DNA of 64,000 nucleotides from Candidatus Saccharimonadales bacterium (GCA_039920385.1 JBDSDR010000002.1:10561-74560); one strand, 5' to 3'. Shown: positions 31,958 through 41,303, numbered from the stretch's first letter. Numbers and translations are program-made. Notes: generated by a model not told the origin, from the sequence alone.

Positions 31958-32595
31958 TATTTTGCGCCTCCGAGCCATTCGTTAACTGCCTTAAGACCAT
32001 CATTAGTGATGATAATAAAGTTAGCGTTAACGGCGTCATAGACATTAATGTAACGAGCTTGGACAACTTTGACGTAGTCGAGGTTGCTGGTAGCCCGAGT
32101 AACTTCTGGGGTCTTGTTATCAACAACAACTAGAACACTACGATCAGCCCCTAATTTAGTGAAGAGCTTAACGGCGTCGGCAGTTTTGCCAGACTTAAGA
32201 TCGAGAGATTCGATGATAGATACTTTGTTTTCGCTGTTAGCGATGCTGAGAGCTTGGCGAATAGCCTGACGCTTAGCTTTAGTGCTAAGGTCTTTGGTGT
32301 AGTTTTCGTTACCAGTTGGACCGAAAACAATACCACCACCACGCCAGATTGGGTTACGACTTGAACCAAAACGAGCTCGGCCAGTACCTTTTTGCTTCCA
32401 AGGCTTCTTACCACCACCACGGACTAAACCGCGAGTTTTAACTTTAGCACCAGCTGTGCGACCGTTGGATAGGTAGGCAACGTAGGCTTGCTTGATAAGT
32501 TCATGACTTTCGACTTCGATACCAAAGATAGCTTTGTCGAGTTTGGCAGCGGTTGTCGCTTTGTTGCCAGTTTTAGTATAAGTCGTAGTAGCCAT
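31957..32595 (-). CDS. rplD: 50S ribosomal protein L4 (uL4)
   Basis: 212 aa. GGGKKPWKQKGTGRARFGSSRNPIWRGGG. Confidence 0.97.
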   Translation of the reverse strand: MATTTYTKTGNKATTAAKLDKAIFGIEVESHELIKQAYVAYLSNGRTAGAKVKTRGLVRGGGKKPWKQKGTGRARFGSSRNPIWRGGGIVFGPTGNENYTKDLSTKAKRQAIRQALSIANSENKVSIIESLDLKSGKTADAVKLFTKLGADRSVLVVVDNKTPEVTRATSNLDYVKVVQARYINVYDAVNANFIIITNDGLKAVNEWLGGAK

Positions 32596-32598
32596 GAT

Positions 32599-33210
32599 TT
32601 ATGCACCCCTCACGATAACAATGCTCTTGCGTGGGCCAGGAACTGATCCGACAACACCAATAATGTGCTTTTCGGCGTCCACAATTGCGATTTTAAGGTT
32701 CTTGACGGTAACTTGTTCGTAGCCCATTTGGCCGGCCATCTTCTTGCCTTTAAAAATGTGCTGTGGATACATTGAACCAATTGAACCTGGTTTACGAGTG
32801 TTTCCCTTACCACCATGAGTTTTGCGCTGACGGTGGAAGTTATGACGCTTAATCGTACCGGCCCAACCCTTACCCTTACTAGTACCGGTTACGTTAATGT
32901 TGTCACCAACAGAAAAGACCTCTGGTGTAAGCTTTGCGCCTACGGTGAGGTCTTCGGTGATTTCTGGAACGCGGAATTCGCGGACGACTTTTGGTGCTAC
33001 CTTTGAGGCCTTAAAGTGGCCGGCTTGGGCTTTGCCCATCTTTTTGTCTTCTTCAAAACCAACTTGCACGGCAGTATAGCCATCGACTTCGTCAGTTTTT
33101 ACTTGGGTAATAGTGCAAGGAGTCGCTTGAAGCAGAGTAACAGGAGCTAACGTACCGTCTTCTGCGATGGTACTAGTCATTCCAACTTTTCGGGTGATGA
33201 GTGCTTTCAT
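32599..33210 (-). CDS. rplC: 50S ribosomal protein L3 (uL3)
   Basis: 203 aa. GKGWAGTIKRHNFHRQRKTHG, GPRKSIVIV. Confidence 0.97.
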   Translation of the reverse strand: MKALITRKVGMTSTIAEDGTLAPVTLLQATPCTITQVKTDEVDGYTAVQVGFEEDKKMGKAQAGHFKASKVAPKVVREFRVPEITEDLTVGAKLTPEVFSVGDNINVTGTSKGKGWAGTIKRHNFHRQRKTHGGKGNTRKPGSIGSMYPQHIFKGKKMAGQMGYEQVTVKNLKIAIVDAEKHIIGVVGSVPGPRKSIVIVRGA

Positions 33211-33421
33211 TACGTCCTTGTTTTACTTTAGTGAGAGCAGGCACTTGCATAAAAATGCTTGGTGGCCAGTGGTTTCTCATCTGTTATTCGCAGTTGGACC
33301 TTCTGATTCACCAAGTGATTTAACGTAAATACTACTCTCAAAATTGAGATACCATAACAGATTAGCATGACTTGCCCACTTCTGTCAATATGTTGCAAAA
33401 ACTACTTCAACCTGACATCTG

Positions 33422-33450
33422 TTGCGTGCTTATGCTTTTTATGTTATAAT
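33422..33450 (+). promoter_or_regulatory. promoter of the plus-strand 209-aa gene (near-leaderless)
   Basis: TTGCGT (33422-33427), 17-nt spacer, TATAAT (33445-33450). ATG 33460 lies 9 nt downstream. No SD. Confidence 0.45.
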
Positions 33451-33459
33451 ACTGCTGTT

Positions 33460-34089
33460 ATGGCCGAAATTACTTTACCCCCGCCAATTGCCTTACTCCA
33501 GAAAGAGGCTACCGAGACCGGTGAGCACCTGCCCGTAAAGGCAAGCCCACTGCTTTTTCGAGACGTTCGTCGCATTAGAGAGGGAGTCTCTGAAGCCATC
33601 TTTACATTAAGTAATGACAACAATACTGGCGATTTTTACCCTGTTAGGAAACATTTTAAAGAAGTTTCTAATAATCTGGCCAACATACCCGAAGGTATGT
33701 CAGCTTCGTTGCGAAAGATTACAGTTCTACGAAAATGCGTTAACCCAGGCGAGCCCTTCGGATCGGAAAGAACTGGTGCTTGGCATACTGACAAGCCGGA
33801 TAACATTGATCTGGAGGTCCTAATTGGCCAAGAACAACCAACCGGCTTTATTTATGGTACCGATAACATCCCAGATGAATACGCCGAGTCGCGGACTAAA
33901 ACAGAGCAGTACTTAAACAGTTTTGGAACAATCGAGGAACTACTCGACAAACACAACTTTGCCTACCTGCAGGCAATGCCCTATCAAGCAATGCAAACCG
34001 ATGAAGCGGTCTTCCATATAGCTCCTAAAAACTTACGTCCAGTCCCAACTGCGCGCGATATTATCGTCGCTGGCTATTCGCTGGTCTAA
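33460..34089 (+). CDS. hypothetical protein (209 aa); possible HxD...H...R (Fe(II)/2OG-dioxygenase-like) motif
   Basis: The likely start is MAEITLPPP at 33460. The ORF-track start at 33367 adds a Cys-rich artefactual leader that overlaps the promoter. Motifs are GAWHTDKPDN, AVFHIAPKN and a downstream R. The fold assignment is speculative. Confidence 0.55.
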   Translation: MAEITLPPPIALLQKEATETGEHLPVKASPLLFRDVRRIREGVSEAIFTLSNDNNTGDFYPVRKHFKEVSNNLANIPEGMSASLRKITVLRKCVNPGEPFGSERTGAWHTDKPDNIDLEVLIGQEQPTGFIYGTDNIPDEYAESRTKTEQYLNSFGTIEELLDKHNFAYLQAMPYQAMQTDEAVFHIAPKNLRPVPTARDIIVAGYSLV

Positions 34090-34349
34090 ACAGCGACAGT
34101 TAAGCCAATCGGTAACCACAGACCAACAAACATTGCCATCAGTAAAACGGCATATTCGATCTTACGGTCTAAACGGAAATGCTCATGAGTAGCAAATACT
34201 AGCCCAATCACCAGGCCAACTGGCAGTGGGATGATATGACTACCAGTATCAATCCGTAGCCACAATGAACCCAGAATTAGATACATTACAAGTTTCAAGA
34301 AGTAAGTGCTATCGATATTTTTAGATTTTGATTTTTGATTTTTTACCAT
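34086..34349 (-). CDS. hypothetical small membrane protein (87 aa, ~3 TM)
   Basis: Hydrophobic segments are FLKLVMYLILGSLWL, LPVGLVIGLVFA and AVLLMAMFVGLWLPIGL. Its stop overlaps the stop of the convergent 209-aa gene. Confidence 0.55.
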   Translation of the reverse strand: MVKNQKSKSKNIDSTYFLKLVMYLILGSLWLRIDTGSHIIPLPVGLVIGLVFATHEHFRLDRKIEYAVLLMAMFVGLWLPIGLTVAV

Positions 34350-34372
34350 AAGTAGATTGTAACACCAAACGG

Positions 34373-35044
34373 CTATTCACCGAAAGGTAGTTCGATCTGG
34401 CTATCCCGCTCTGGTGGAGTGTTCCGCTCAATTCTTTTCAGCTGGCGCATCATCATATTACGCGCCATATTGGTCATGGGCTGATCTTGTTGTTGGGCGC
34501 TATTAGTGACTTCGGTATAGATAATATTGCAAACGTAAGCCAGAGCTCCAAAGTAGAGCTTATTCTCTTTAAAAGCAAAGTTTCGGGATAGGCCTTGATC
34601 GAGTGCGGCCGGGCTCAGGACTCGCTTAATCTTTCCAGCGAAGTCAGAACTGCCCGCCCTTAGCATGTGAGCCGCTAAGTTTTGACCATCCTGCTTGGTG
34701 GTTATATCTAGACTTTCTTGGAAACGTTGATGTAAACGTGGTTGATTTGCAAAATAAATCGCTTGGTAGGCAAATAGCAACCCCATATCGAGGCCGCATT
34801 CAATCGCCTGGCCATCAACACTACGGATGGAGGGCTCGCCAGAGCTAACCCCATCGTAGGTGCTAATCGCTCGGTCGATCACTAGGCGGATATTTTGGGG
34901 AATCTCCTCTTGGTTATCGTCACAAAACTGGATTACGCCCAGGCTATCACCAATATCTTCGTTGAGTTTACTAGCAGCAACGTGCAAGCCGTGATCAATA
35001 TCGGACTGTCGTTCAACCGAAATGGCGTAGAGTGCTTCTGACAT
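34373..35044 (-). CDS. hypothetical protein (223 aa) immediately downstream of rpsJ
   Basis: ORF with an AGGA SD, 31 nt after the rpsJ stop. No recognisable family. Confidence 0.55.
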   Translation of the reverse strand: MSEALYAISVERQSDIDHGLHVAASKLNEDIGDSLGVIQFCDDNQEEIPQNIRLVIDRAISTYDGVSSGEPSIRSVDGQAIECGLDMGLLFAYQAIYFANQPRLHQRFQESLDITTKQDGQNLAAHMLRAGSSDFAGKIKRVLSPAALDQGLSRNFAFKENKLYFGALAYVCNIIYTEVTNSAQQQDQPMTNMARNMMMRQLKRIERNTPPERDSQIELPFGE

Positions 35045-35075
35045 GGTAAATCCTGAACTCTTGCAAACAGCGTGG

Positions 35076-35426
35076 TTACATCTTGATTTCGGCGTCGCAA
35101 CCAGCTGGCAATGATAGGTTCATCAGACTATCGATTGTCTTTGGGGTTGGCTCAAGGACGTCGATGATGCGCTTATGAATGCGCATTTCAAACTGTTCAC
35201 GACCCTTTTTAAAGACATGGGGGCTTTTTACGACCGTATAAACCGTTTTCTTGGTAGGCAGTGGGATTGGCCCGGCAATAGTAGCACCAGTTCGAAGAGC
35301 AGTATCGACGATCTGCTTTGCTGACTGATCGATTACTTTGTGGTCGTAAGCCTTGAGGCGAATACGAATCCGTTGTTTACCAACTTCAGCTTTAACTGGA
35401 GCGGCTGGTTTTTTGGCTTCTGCCAT
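35076..35426 (-). CDS. rpsJ: 30S ribosomal protein S10 (uS10/NusE) with short Lys/Ala N-terminal extension
   Basis: 116 aa. [49 protein letters not shown]. Confidence 0.96.
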   Translation of the reverse strand: MAEAKKPAAPVKAEVGKQRIRIRLKAYDHKVIDQSAKQIVDTALRTGATIAGPIPLPTKKTVYTVVKSPHVFKKGREQFEMRIHKRIIDVLEPTPKTIDSLMNLSLPAGCDAEIKM

Positions 35427-35517
35427 AATATTATCTCCTGTTGTGAAGTAACATCTTTACAATGCTATAGAGAGCAAGAGTAACGACTTTTAGTCTTCAC
35501 GATTAATTTACTAGCTG

Positions 35518-35546
35518 ATTTTACAACATTACGCTAATTGAAGCAA
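35518..35546 (-). promoter_or_regulatory. rpsJ promoter
   Basis: TTGCTT (35546-35541), 17-nt spacer, TAAAAT (35523-35518), ~85-nt leader. Confidence 0.45.
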
Positions 35547-35550
35547 GCAA

Positions 35551-35732
35551 CTACAGGTTTGCTAGGTCGTCAAGGATCTCTTTAGTCGTCAGTGGTTGGC
35601 CGTTCTTAATTTGAAGTCGTGCCGGCAAGGCATCTATACCATCAGCCAGTTCTTCCACTTTTGCGGTCCAACATGCATAAGCGCACCATCAAGTAATACA
35701 TACTCGCTAATAGGATAAGCACCGCTATCCAT
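35551..35732 (-). pseudogene. small ORF (~60 aa) split by a 1-nt frameshift in an A4 run
   Basis: Frame 0 reads MDSGAYPISEYVLLDGALMHVGPQK then WKNWLMV*. The -1 frame continues VEELADGIDALPARLQIKNGQPLTTKEILDDLANL*. One extra A at 35659-35662 would restore a 60-aa ORF. Confidence 0.3.
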
Positions 35733-35757
35733 GCCCTCAATTCCTTCGCCCACGATA

Positions 35758-36327
35758 TTACCCCTGTATCTTTCCGCCAACAACTCTCTCGGTTGGATCG
35801 TAATAGTCGCGCAGGACTTTGAGTGATGTCATTTCTTCGACCTTCATAATATCAAAGCTCCCGCTCGTACCGAGCAGGTGTCTGTTAAGATCGGCTGCCG
35901 TGTTTACTTCTTCCTCTAATACGCAAAGTTTATACACCACCAAAGTATCAGGGTTTTCCCAAACGCAAATCAAGTGAGTGCCATCGAGGGCTTTTTCCAT
36001 ATCGTCGGGGCTTATTTCGGTTGAAGTAGCTAAAAGATGACTCTGGTCCTCAACCTCAGCATCTTCATCAAGTTCAAGGTCAATCTCTTCATCTTCTGTA
36101 GCCCCGTCTGTATGATTAACTTCGAAAGCCGTCCGCATGCCCATGAAGCCAAAAAACTCTTCTGGCCCGGTTTCTGAAGCCAAATCAAGGATGTTTACCT
36201 CGCCGATATTATCTGGTTCGGTACCAGTAAGTTCACCCAGTCTAGTGCGCAATTCTGGGGTCATCTCACCAGCTTTCAATGGTTCGCTCCACCCTCCACC
36301 GCTTCCACCATCGATTCCATCTCCCAT
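35758..36327 (-). CDS. hypothetical highly acidic protein (189 aa) between tuf and rpsJ
   Basis: Strong SD (AGAGGAG) and its own TTGCAA / ATTATA hexamers after the tuf terminator. Asp/Glu-rich centre. No family recognised. Confidence 0.6.
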   Translation of the reverse strand: MGDGIDGGSGGGWSEPLKAGEMTPELRTRLGELTGTEPDNIGEVNILDLASETGPEEFFGFMGMRTAFEVNHTDGATEDEEIDLELDEDAEVEDQSHLLATSTEISPDDMEKALDGTHLICVWENPDTLVVYKLCVLEEEVNTAADLNRHLLGTSGSFDIMKVEEMTSLKVLRDYYDPTERVVGGKIQG

Positions 36328-36365
36328 GATAATCTCCTCTTTATAATCCGAACTATACTACTTTT

Positions 36366-36400
36366 TTGCAAAAAGAAAAGAGCCCCTTGCGAGGCTCTTT
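36366..36400 (-). terminator. rho-independent terminator after tuf
   Basis: Minus strand AGAGCC-UCGCAAGG-GGCUCU followed by UUUUCUUUUUG. Confidence 0.7.
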
Positions 36401-36419
36401 TTCTTAATTAATAAGGTTT

Positions 36420-37601
36420 TTACTTATTAATCTTGGTCACTACACCAGCACCAACAGTACGGCCACCTTCGCGGATAGCGAAGCGTAGACCCTGTTCCAT
36501 GGCGATAGGTGCAAGTAGTTTTACCTTAAAGGTGATGGTATCACCAGGCATAACCATTTCTTTGTCAGCTGGAAGCTCAACTTCACCAGTTACATCCGTT
36601 GTGCGGAAGTAGAACTGTGGCTTGTAGCCCTTGAAGAATGGAGTATGACGGCCACCTTCTTCTTTGTTGAGGATATAAACTTCAGCATCAAATTCGGTGT
36701 GAGGAGTCACAGTACCTGGCTTGGCCAAGACTTGACCGCGCTCGATGTCGTCGCGCTCGATACCTCGAAGTAGGATACCAACGTTGTCGCCAGCTTGACC
36801 TTGGTCAAGATTCTTCTTGAACATTTCAACACCAGTAACAGTTGATTTCTTAGTGTCGCGGATACCGACGATTTCGATTTCTTCACCAACCTTAACGATA
36901 CCTTGCTCAACACGGCCGGTAGCAACAGTACCACGACCCTTAATTGAGAAAACATCTTCGATTGGCATTAGGAATGGCTTGTCGAGTTCGCGCTTTGGTT
37001 CTGGAATAAAGTCATCCATAGCCTTAACGAGTTCCATAATAGCGTCTTCGTTAGCGGCATCACCTTCGAGAGCCTTAGTAGCAGAACCCTTGATGATAGG
37101 AGCATCTTCGTCGTAACCGTTCTTAGCAAGCAGTTCACGGATGTCCATTTCGACTAGTTCGATAAGCTCTGGATCAGCCAAGTCCATCTTGTTCATGAAG
37201 ACCAAGATCTTTGGTACACCGACTTGCTTAGCAAGCAGTACGTGCTCACGAGTTTGTGGCAACGGACCATCATTAGCACCAACTACGAGGATAGCACCAT
37301 CAATCTGGGCAGCACCGGTAATCATGTTCTTAACGTAGTCAGCGTGACCAGGCATGTCGACGTGAGCGTAGTGACGCTTTTCGCTTTCATACTCTTGGTG
37401 AGAAGTAGCGATCGTGATACCACGAGCTTTTTCTTCTGGGGCGTTGTCAATCTGAGCGTAGTCAACTTTTTTGTTAACGTCGCTTGGCAACTTCTTAGCT
37501 AATACGGTTGTAATAGCGGCGGTTAGGGTTGTTTTACCATGGTCAACGTGACCCATAGTACCAACGTTTACGTGAGGCTTGCTTCGGTCAAAATCTGCCA
37601 T
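36420..37601 (-). CDS. tuf: elongation factor Tu
   Basis: 393 aa. [35 protein letters not shown]. Confidence 0.98.
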   Translation of the reverse strand: MADFDRSKPHVNVGTMGHVDHGKTTLTAAITTVLAKKLPSDVNKKVDYAQIDNAPEEKARGITIATSHQEYESEKRHYAHVDMPGHADYVKNMITGAAQIDGAILVVGANDGPLPQTREHVLLAKQVGVPKILVFMNKMDLADPELIELVEMDIRELLAKNGYDEDAPIIKGSATKALEGDAANEDAIMELVKAMDDFIPEPKRELDKPFLMPIEDVFSIKGRGTVATGRVEQGIVKVGEEIEIVGIRDTKKSTVTGVEMFKKNLDQGQAGDNVGILLRGIERDDIERGQVLAKPGTVTPHTEFDAEVYILNKEEGGRHTPFFKGYKPQFYFRTTDVTGEVELPADKEMVMPGDTITFKVKLLAPIAMEQGLRFAIREGGRTVGAGVVTKINK

Positions 37602-37676
37602 TTATGTCTCCTGTTATTGAATTACTGATTAATGTTTACATACATGTAAGCAAAAGCTCACACGAGTTACCGAAGT

Positions 37677-37705
37677 ATTTTAACGAATTATCAGAGGTTT
37701 GTAAA
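37677..37705 (-). promoter_or_regulatory. tuf promoter
   Basis: TTTACA (37705-37700), 17-nt spacer, TAAAAT (37682-37677). AGGAG SD before ATG 37601. Confidence 0.5.
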
Positions 37706-37708
37706 GAG

Positions 37709-38272
37709 TTAGTATCGATCCATGCCACCGACGGCGGATGTCATATCATTTACAAAGTTTTGCGCTGACTGAACTGGGTGTAAGATTTTCTTCAAAATTG
37801 ACGATGGAAGATTACGTCGAACTTCCTCGGCTTTCTGGCGGGTTGTCGTATCGACGGCCCCGGTGATTTCATCAAGATCACGTCTGAGTGTTTTGCTTGT
37901 TCGGCTATTAAAAAGCGCTTTATTGATATCCTGCCCAGTTACAACCGCATCGTTAACAATAGCCGGAATTTCGCGTGGGGCGATAGTCTGCGACATGATA
38001 ACACTCCGCATCAAAGGTGGTATCGTGGCTAATTTGGCACATTCTACCGTCCATAGTTCATCCTCGCTAGCATGGTCCCGAAGCCTAATTAATGTGTCGT
38101 GCAGAACTTCGGTTGGCGATGGGCTGGCCTCTGGGAAAATTTTACTGTCATCAAATATTTCGACCTGGAGACAGTCATCAGGGTCCCTAACTCCTCGTAT
38201 GAAGGCTAAGTATTGATGCGCTAATTCGCTGTCAAAAGACTGCGCAACGTTTGGTAATTCGTGGCCCGGCAT
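37709..38272 (-). CDS. hypothetical protein (187 aa) between fusA and tuf
   Basis: ORF-track ORF, co-oriented. No recognisable family. Confidence 0.55.
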   Translation of the reverse strand: MPGHELPNVAQSFDSELAHQYLAFIRGVRDPDDCLQVEIFDDSKIFPEASPSPTEVLHDTLIRLRDHASEDELWTVECAKLATIPPLMRSVIMSQTIAPREIPAIVNDAVVTGQDINKALFNSRTSKTLRRDLDEITGAVDTTTRQKAEEVRRNLPSSILKKILHPVQSAQNFVNDMTSAVGGMDRY

Positions 38273-38359
38273 GATATGTACTGTTATACACTTAATTGAT
38301 ACATTTGCAAATTCTAGGAATTATGCCTGGCTGGTAGGCACTTTCCCGTCTGGGAATGA

Positions 38360-40450
38360 CTAGCCTTTGGCGTTTTTGGCGATAATCGCTTCGGCAACGT
38401 GGCCAGGAACGTCGGCATAGTGGTCAAGCTCCATGCTAGAGCTAGCGCGACCCTGAGTTGAGCTACGCAAGTTAGTTGTGTAACCAAACATTTCACCAAG
38501 CGGTACGAAGGCAGTAATTTCTTTAATGCCACCCGGGAGGTCTTCCATCGATTCGATACGACCACGTTTAGCGTTTAGGTCGCCAATCACGTCGCCCATG
38601 AACTGTTCTGGTGTAACAACAACCACTTTCATGACTGGTTCCATCAAAACTGGGTTAGCCGCTTTAACACCGGCTTGTAGGCCGAGTGAGCCAGCAATCT
38701 TGAAGGCCATTTCGTTGGAGTCAACATCGTGGTACGAACCATCGTAAAGCTCAGCTTTAATGTCTACTACTGGGTAACCAGCCAAGACACCGTTAGCCAT
38801 GGCTTCTTTAATACCTTCGTCGACTGGCTTGATGTATTCACTTGGAACGACACCACCCTTAATAGAGTTGATGAATTCGTAACCCTTACCAGATTCGTTC
38901 TGGCTTAAGCGAATCCAGACGTGACCATACTGACCACGTCCACCAGATTGGCGAACAAACTTACCTTCGGCTTCGACAGCATCTTTACGGATCGTTTCAC
39001 GGTAAGCAACCTGTGGCTGACCAATGTTAGCTTCGACGTTAAATTCGCGCTTCATACGGTCGACAAGAATCTCAAGGTGCAACTCACCCATACCAGAGAT
39101 AATAGTCTGGCTAGTTTCATCATCAACACGGACCCGGAAAGTTGGGTCTTCTTCGGCTAAGCGCTGAAGAGCAATCGACATCTTGTCTTGGTCTGACTTC
39201 GTCTTTGGCTCAATCGCAATGCTAACTGGTGGTTCTGGGAAGGTAATGCTTTCGAGCACGATTGGGTTAGTTGGATCACACAGTGTATGACCAGTCGTTG
39301 TGCCCTTTAGGCCAACGATAGCGGCGATGTCGCCAGCACCAACTTCGGTGACGTCTTCACGCTTGTCGGCCTGCAAACGAACGATACGGCCAATCCGTTC
39401 TTTCGCACCAGTTGAGCTATTCAAGACGTAAGAGCCAGCCGTTACTTTACCGGAGTAAACCCGGAAATAAGCTAATTTACCGACAAATGGGTCGGTCGTA
39501 ATCTTAAAGGCCAGTGATGCAAATGGCTGAGATTCGTCAGGCTTACGCTCGACTGGTTCGTCGGTCTTAACATCTTTACCCCAAGTTGAACCAACGTCCA
39601 TTGGGCTTGGCAGATAGTCATTAACGAGGTCAAGCACCTTTTCGACAATCACACCACGACCATCGCCACCGGTAACCGCAAAGAAGCGGCCACTTAATAC
39701 AGCAGTACGGATAGCTTGCTTGATCTCATCAATCGACAAACCTTCTTCACCAACTTCGAAGTATTTTTCGAGGATAGCTTCGTCTTCGGCAACAGCATTT
39801 TCGATCAGTAGACTACGGTATTTCTTCACCTGGTCCATCATATCTGCAGGAATTTCTTCTTCGACCAGTTCTTTATCGGTGAAGTCTTTGTAGGTGTAGG
39901 CCTTCATTTCGACCAGGTCAACGATACCGTTGATAGCCTGTTCAAAGCCAATTGGCAAGTGAACTGGGAATGCGGCTTTGTTAAGACGATTATGGATAGA
40001 TTCAAGTGATTTATAGAAGTCGCCACCGGTTTGGTTGATCTTGTTGATAAAACAAATACGAGGAACTTTATACTTATCTGCTTGGCGCCAGACGGTTTCG
40101 GATTGAGATTCGACACCCATCTTACCGTCAAAGACAACACAAGCACCGTCAAGAACACGCAATGAACGTTCTACTTCAACCGTAAAGTCGATGTGACCAG
40201 GAGTATCGATAATGTTAATCTGATTACCCTTCCAATAGCAGGTAACAGAAGCGGCCACGATGGTAATACCACGTTCGCGCTCTTGTTCCATCCAGTCGGT
40301 GGTAGTTTCACCTTCGTGCACAGCACCAATCTTATGATTAAGCCCAGTGCGGTACAAAATACCTTCCGTAGTCGTCGTCTTACCAGCGTCAATATGCGCG
40401 ATAATACCGAGGTTTCTGATGTTCTTCATTTCAGTTTTCTTGGTTGCCAT
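38360..40450 (-). CDS. fusA: elongation factor G
   Basis: 696 aa. AHIDAGKTTTTE, DTPGHIDF, NKINQ. Confidence 0.98.
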   Translation of the reverse strand: MATKKTEMKNIRNLGIIAHIDAGKTTTTEGILYRTGLNHKIGAVHEGETTTDWMEQERERGITIVAASVTCYWKGNQINIIDTPGHIDFTVEVERSLRVLDGACVVFDGKMGVESQSETVWRQADKYKVPRICFINKINQTGGDFYKSLESIHNRLNKAAFPVHLPIGFEQAINGIVDLVEMKAYTYKDFTDKELVEEEIPADMMDQVKKYRSLLIENAVAEDEAILEKYFEVGEEGLSIDEIKQAIRTAVLSGRFFAVTGGDGRGVIVEKVLDLVNDYLPSPMDVGSTWGKDVKTDEPVERKPDESQPFASLAFKITTDPFVGKLAYFRVYSGKVTAGSYVLNSSTGAKERIGRIVRLQADKREDVTEVGAGDIAAIVGLKGTTTGHTLCDPTNPIVLESITFPEPPVSIAIEPKTKSDQDKMSIALQRLAEEDPTFRVRVDDETSQTIISGMGELHLEILVDRMKREFNVEANIGQPQVAYRETIRKDAVEAEGKFVRQSGGRGQYGHVWIRLSQNESGKGYEFINSIKGGVVPSEYIKPVDEGIKEAMANGVLAGYPVVDIKAELYDGSYHDVDSNEMAFKIAGSLGLQAGVKAANPVLMEPVMKVVVVTPEQFMGDVIGDLNAKRGRIESMEDLPGGIKEITAFVPLGEMFGYTTNLRSSTQGRASSSMELDHYADVPGHVAEAIIAKNAKG

Positions 40451-40452
40451 TG

Positions 40453-40818
40453 TTATACGTCTCCGTTTCGACCGTGTTTATCTAATAATTCTTGAGTGGC
40501 ATTAAAAGTCACCGCAGTTGCAAGAAACCCAAGTGAATCTTCCCATAACGGGTTTCTACTAGCTCTTATAACAGCATAAAGCCCGAGGCCATTTCGGAAA
40601 GCTTCAACACCTCGCCATGCCAGCTCTTCTCCTACTTCAACAGCGCGCTTTCGAGCCACACCACCCGCTTGCATAGCAGAAATTACACAGTGTTCAGCCA
40701 AGATCATACCGGCATCTACATGCGTAAAATCAGGATCAGTAGCTAGGGCATAGCGTAGCTCTTGGAACTGCTCCCCGATTGCTGTAGCCTGCTCGTGGAT
40801 TACTCCTACTTCAGCCAT
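40453..40818 (-). CDS. hypothetical helical protein (121 aa) wedged between rpsG and fusA
   Basis: 6-nt gap to the rpsG stop and 2-nt gap to the fusA ATG, so it must be co-transcribed. No recognisable family. Confidence 0.6.
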   Translation of the reverse strand: MAEVGVIHEQATAIGEQFQELRYALATDPDFTHVDAGMILAEHCVISAMQAGGVARKRAVEVGEELAWRGVEAFRNGLGLYAVIRASRNPLWEDSLGFLATAVTFNATQELLDKHGRNGDV

Positions 40819-40824
40819 GACCGA

Positions 40825-41301
40825 CTATCTCGCGAAGTGCGCGAAAGCTCGGTTGGCTTCGGCCATCTTATGAGTATCTTCACGCTTCTTAACAGCCGTA
40901 CCAGTGTTGTTGAAAGCATCGACGAGTTCCGCAGCAATGCGATCTTCCATACTAATGCCTTTGCGGCCTCGGGCGGCAGCAACGAACCACATCATAGTCA
41001 GGTGGTTTTGGCGTTGGCCTTTAACTTCGAAAGGAATCTGGTAGTTAGCACCACCGACACGACGGGAACGAGTTTCCATCTGTGGTTGGATATTCTTCAT
41101 AGCTTGCTCAAAGACATCTAAAGGATTCTTTTCCTTTAGCTTGTCGGCAGCTTTTTGCATACCACCGTAGACTAAACGTTCAGCTAATTGCTTCTTACCG
41201 TTTAGCATAACGCGGTTAATAAGTCGTTGGACAGGAACACTGTTGTAGGTGCGGTCAGCTGGGATGACGCGGACTAATGATTTGGTTACTTTACGTGGCA
41301 T
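40825..41301 (-). CDS. rpsG: 30S ribosomal protein S7 (uS7)
   Basis: 158 aa. GGANYQIPFEV, KREDTHKMAEANRAFAHFAR. Confidence 0.97.
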   Translation of the reverse strand: MPRKVTKSLVRVIPADRTYNSVPVQRLINRVMLNGKKQLAERLVYGGMQKAADKLKEKNPLDVFEQAMKNIQPQMETRSRRVGGANYQIPFEVKGQRQNHLTMMWFVAAARGRKGISMEDRIAAELVDAFNNTGTAVKKREDTHKMAEANRAFAHFAR

Positions 41302-41303
41302 GA

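Noticed and set aside
35655-35666. Programmed -1 ribosomal frameshift in the small ORF
   Set aside because: There is no slippery X-XXY-YYZ heptamer in the zero frame and no obvious downstream stimulatory structure. A homopolymer indel is more parsimonious.
36380-36395. Shared CCUCGCAAGG between the tuf terminator loop and the 5' end of the islet micro-RNA
   Set aside because: It is a 10-nt match built around a GCAA tetraloop context, plausibly coincidental, with no supporting context.
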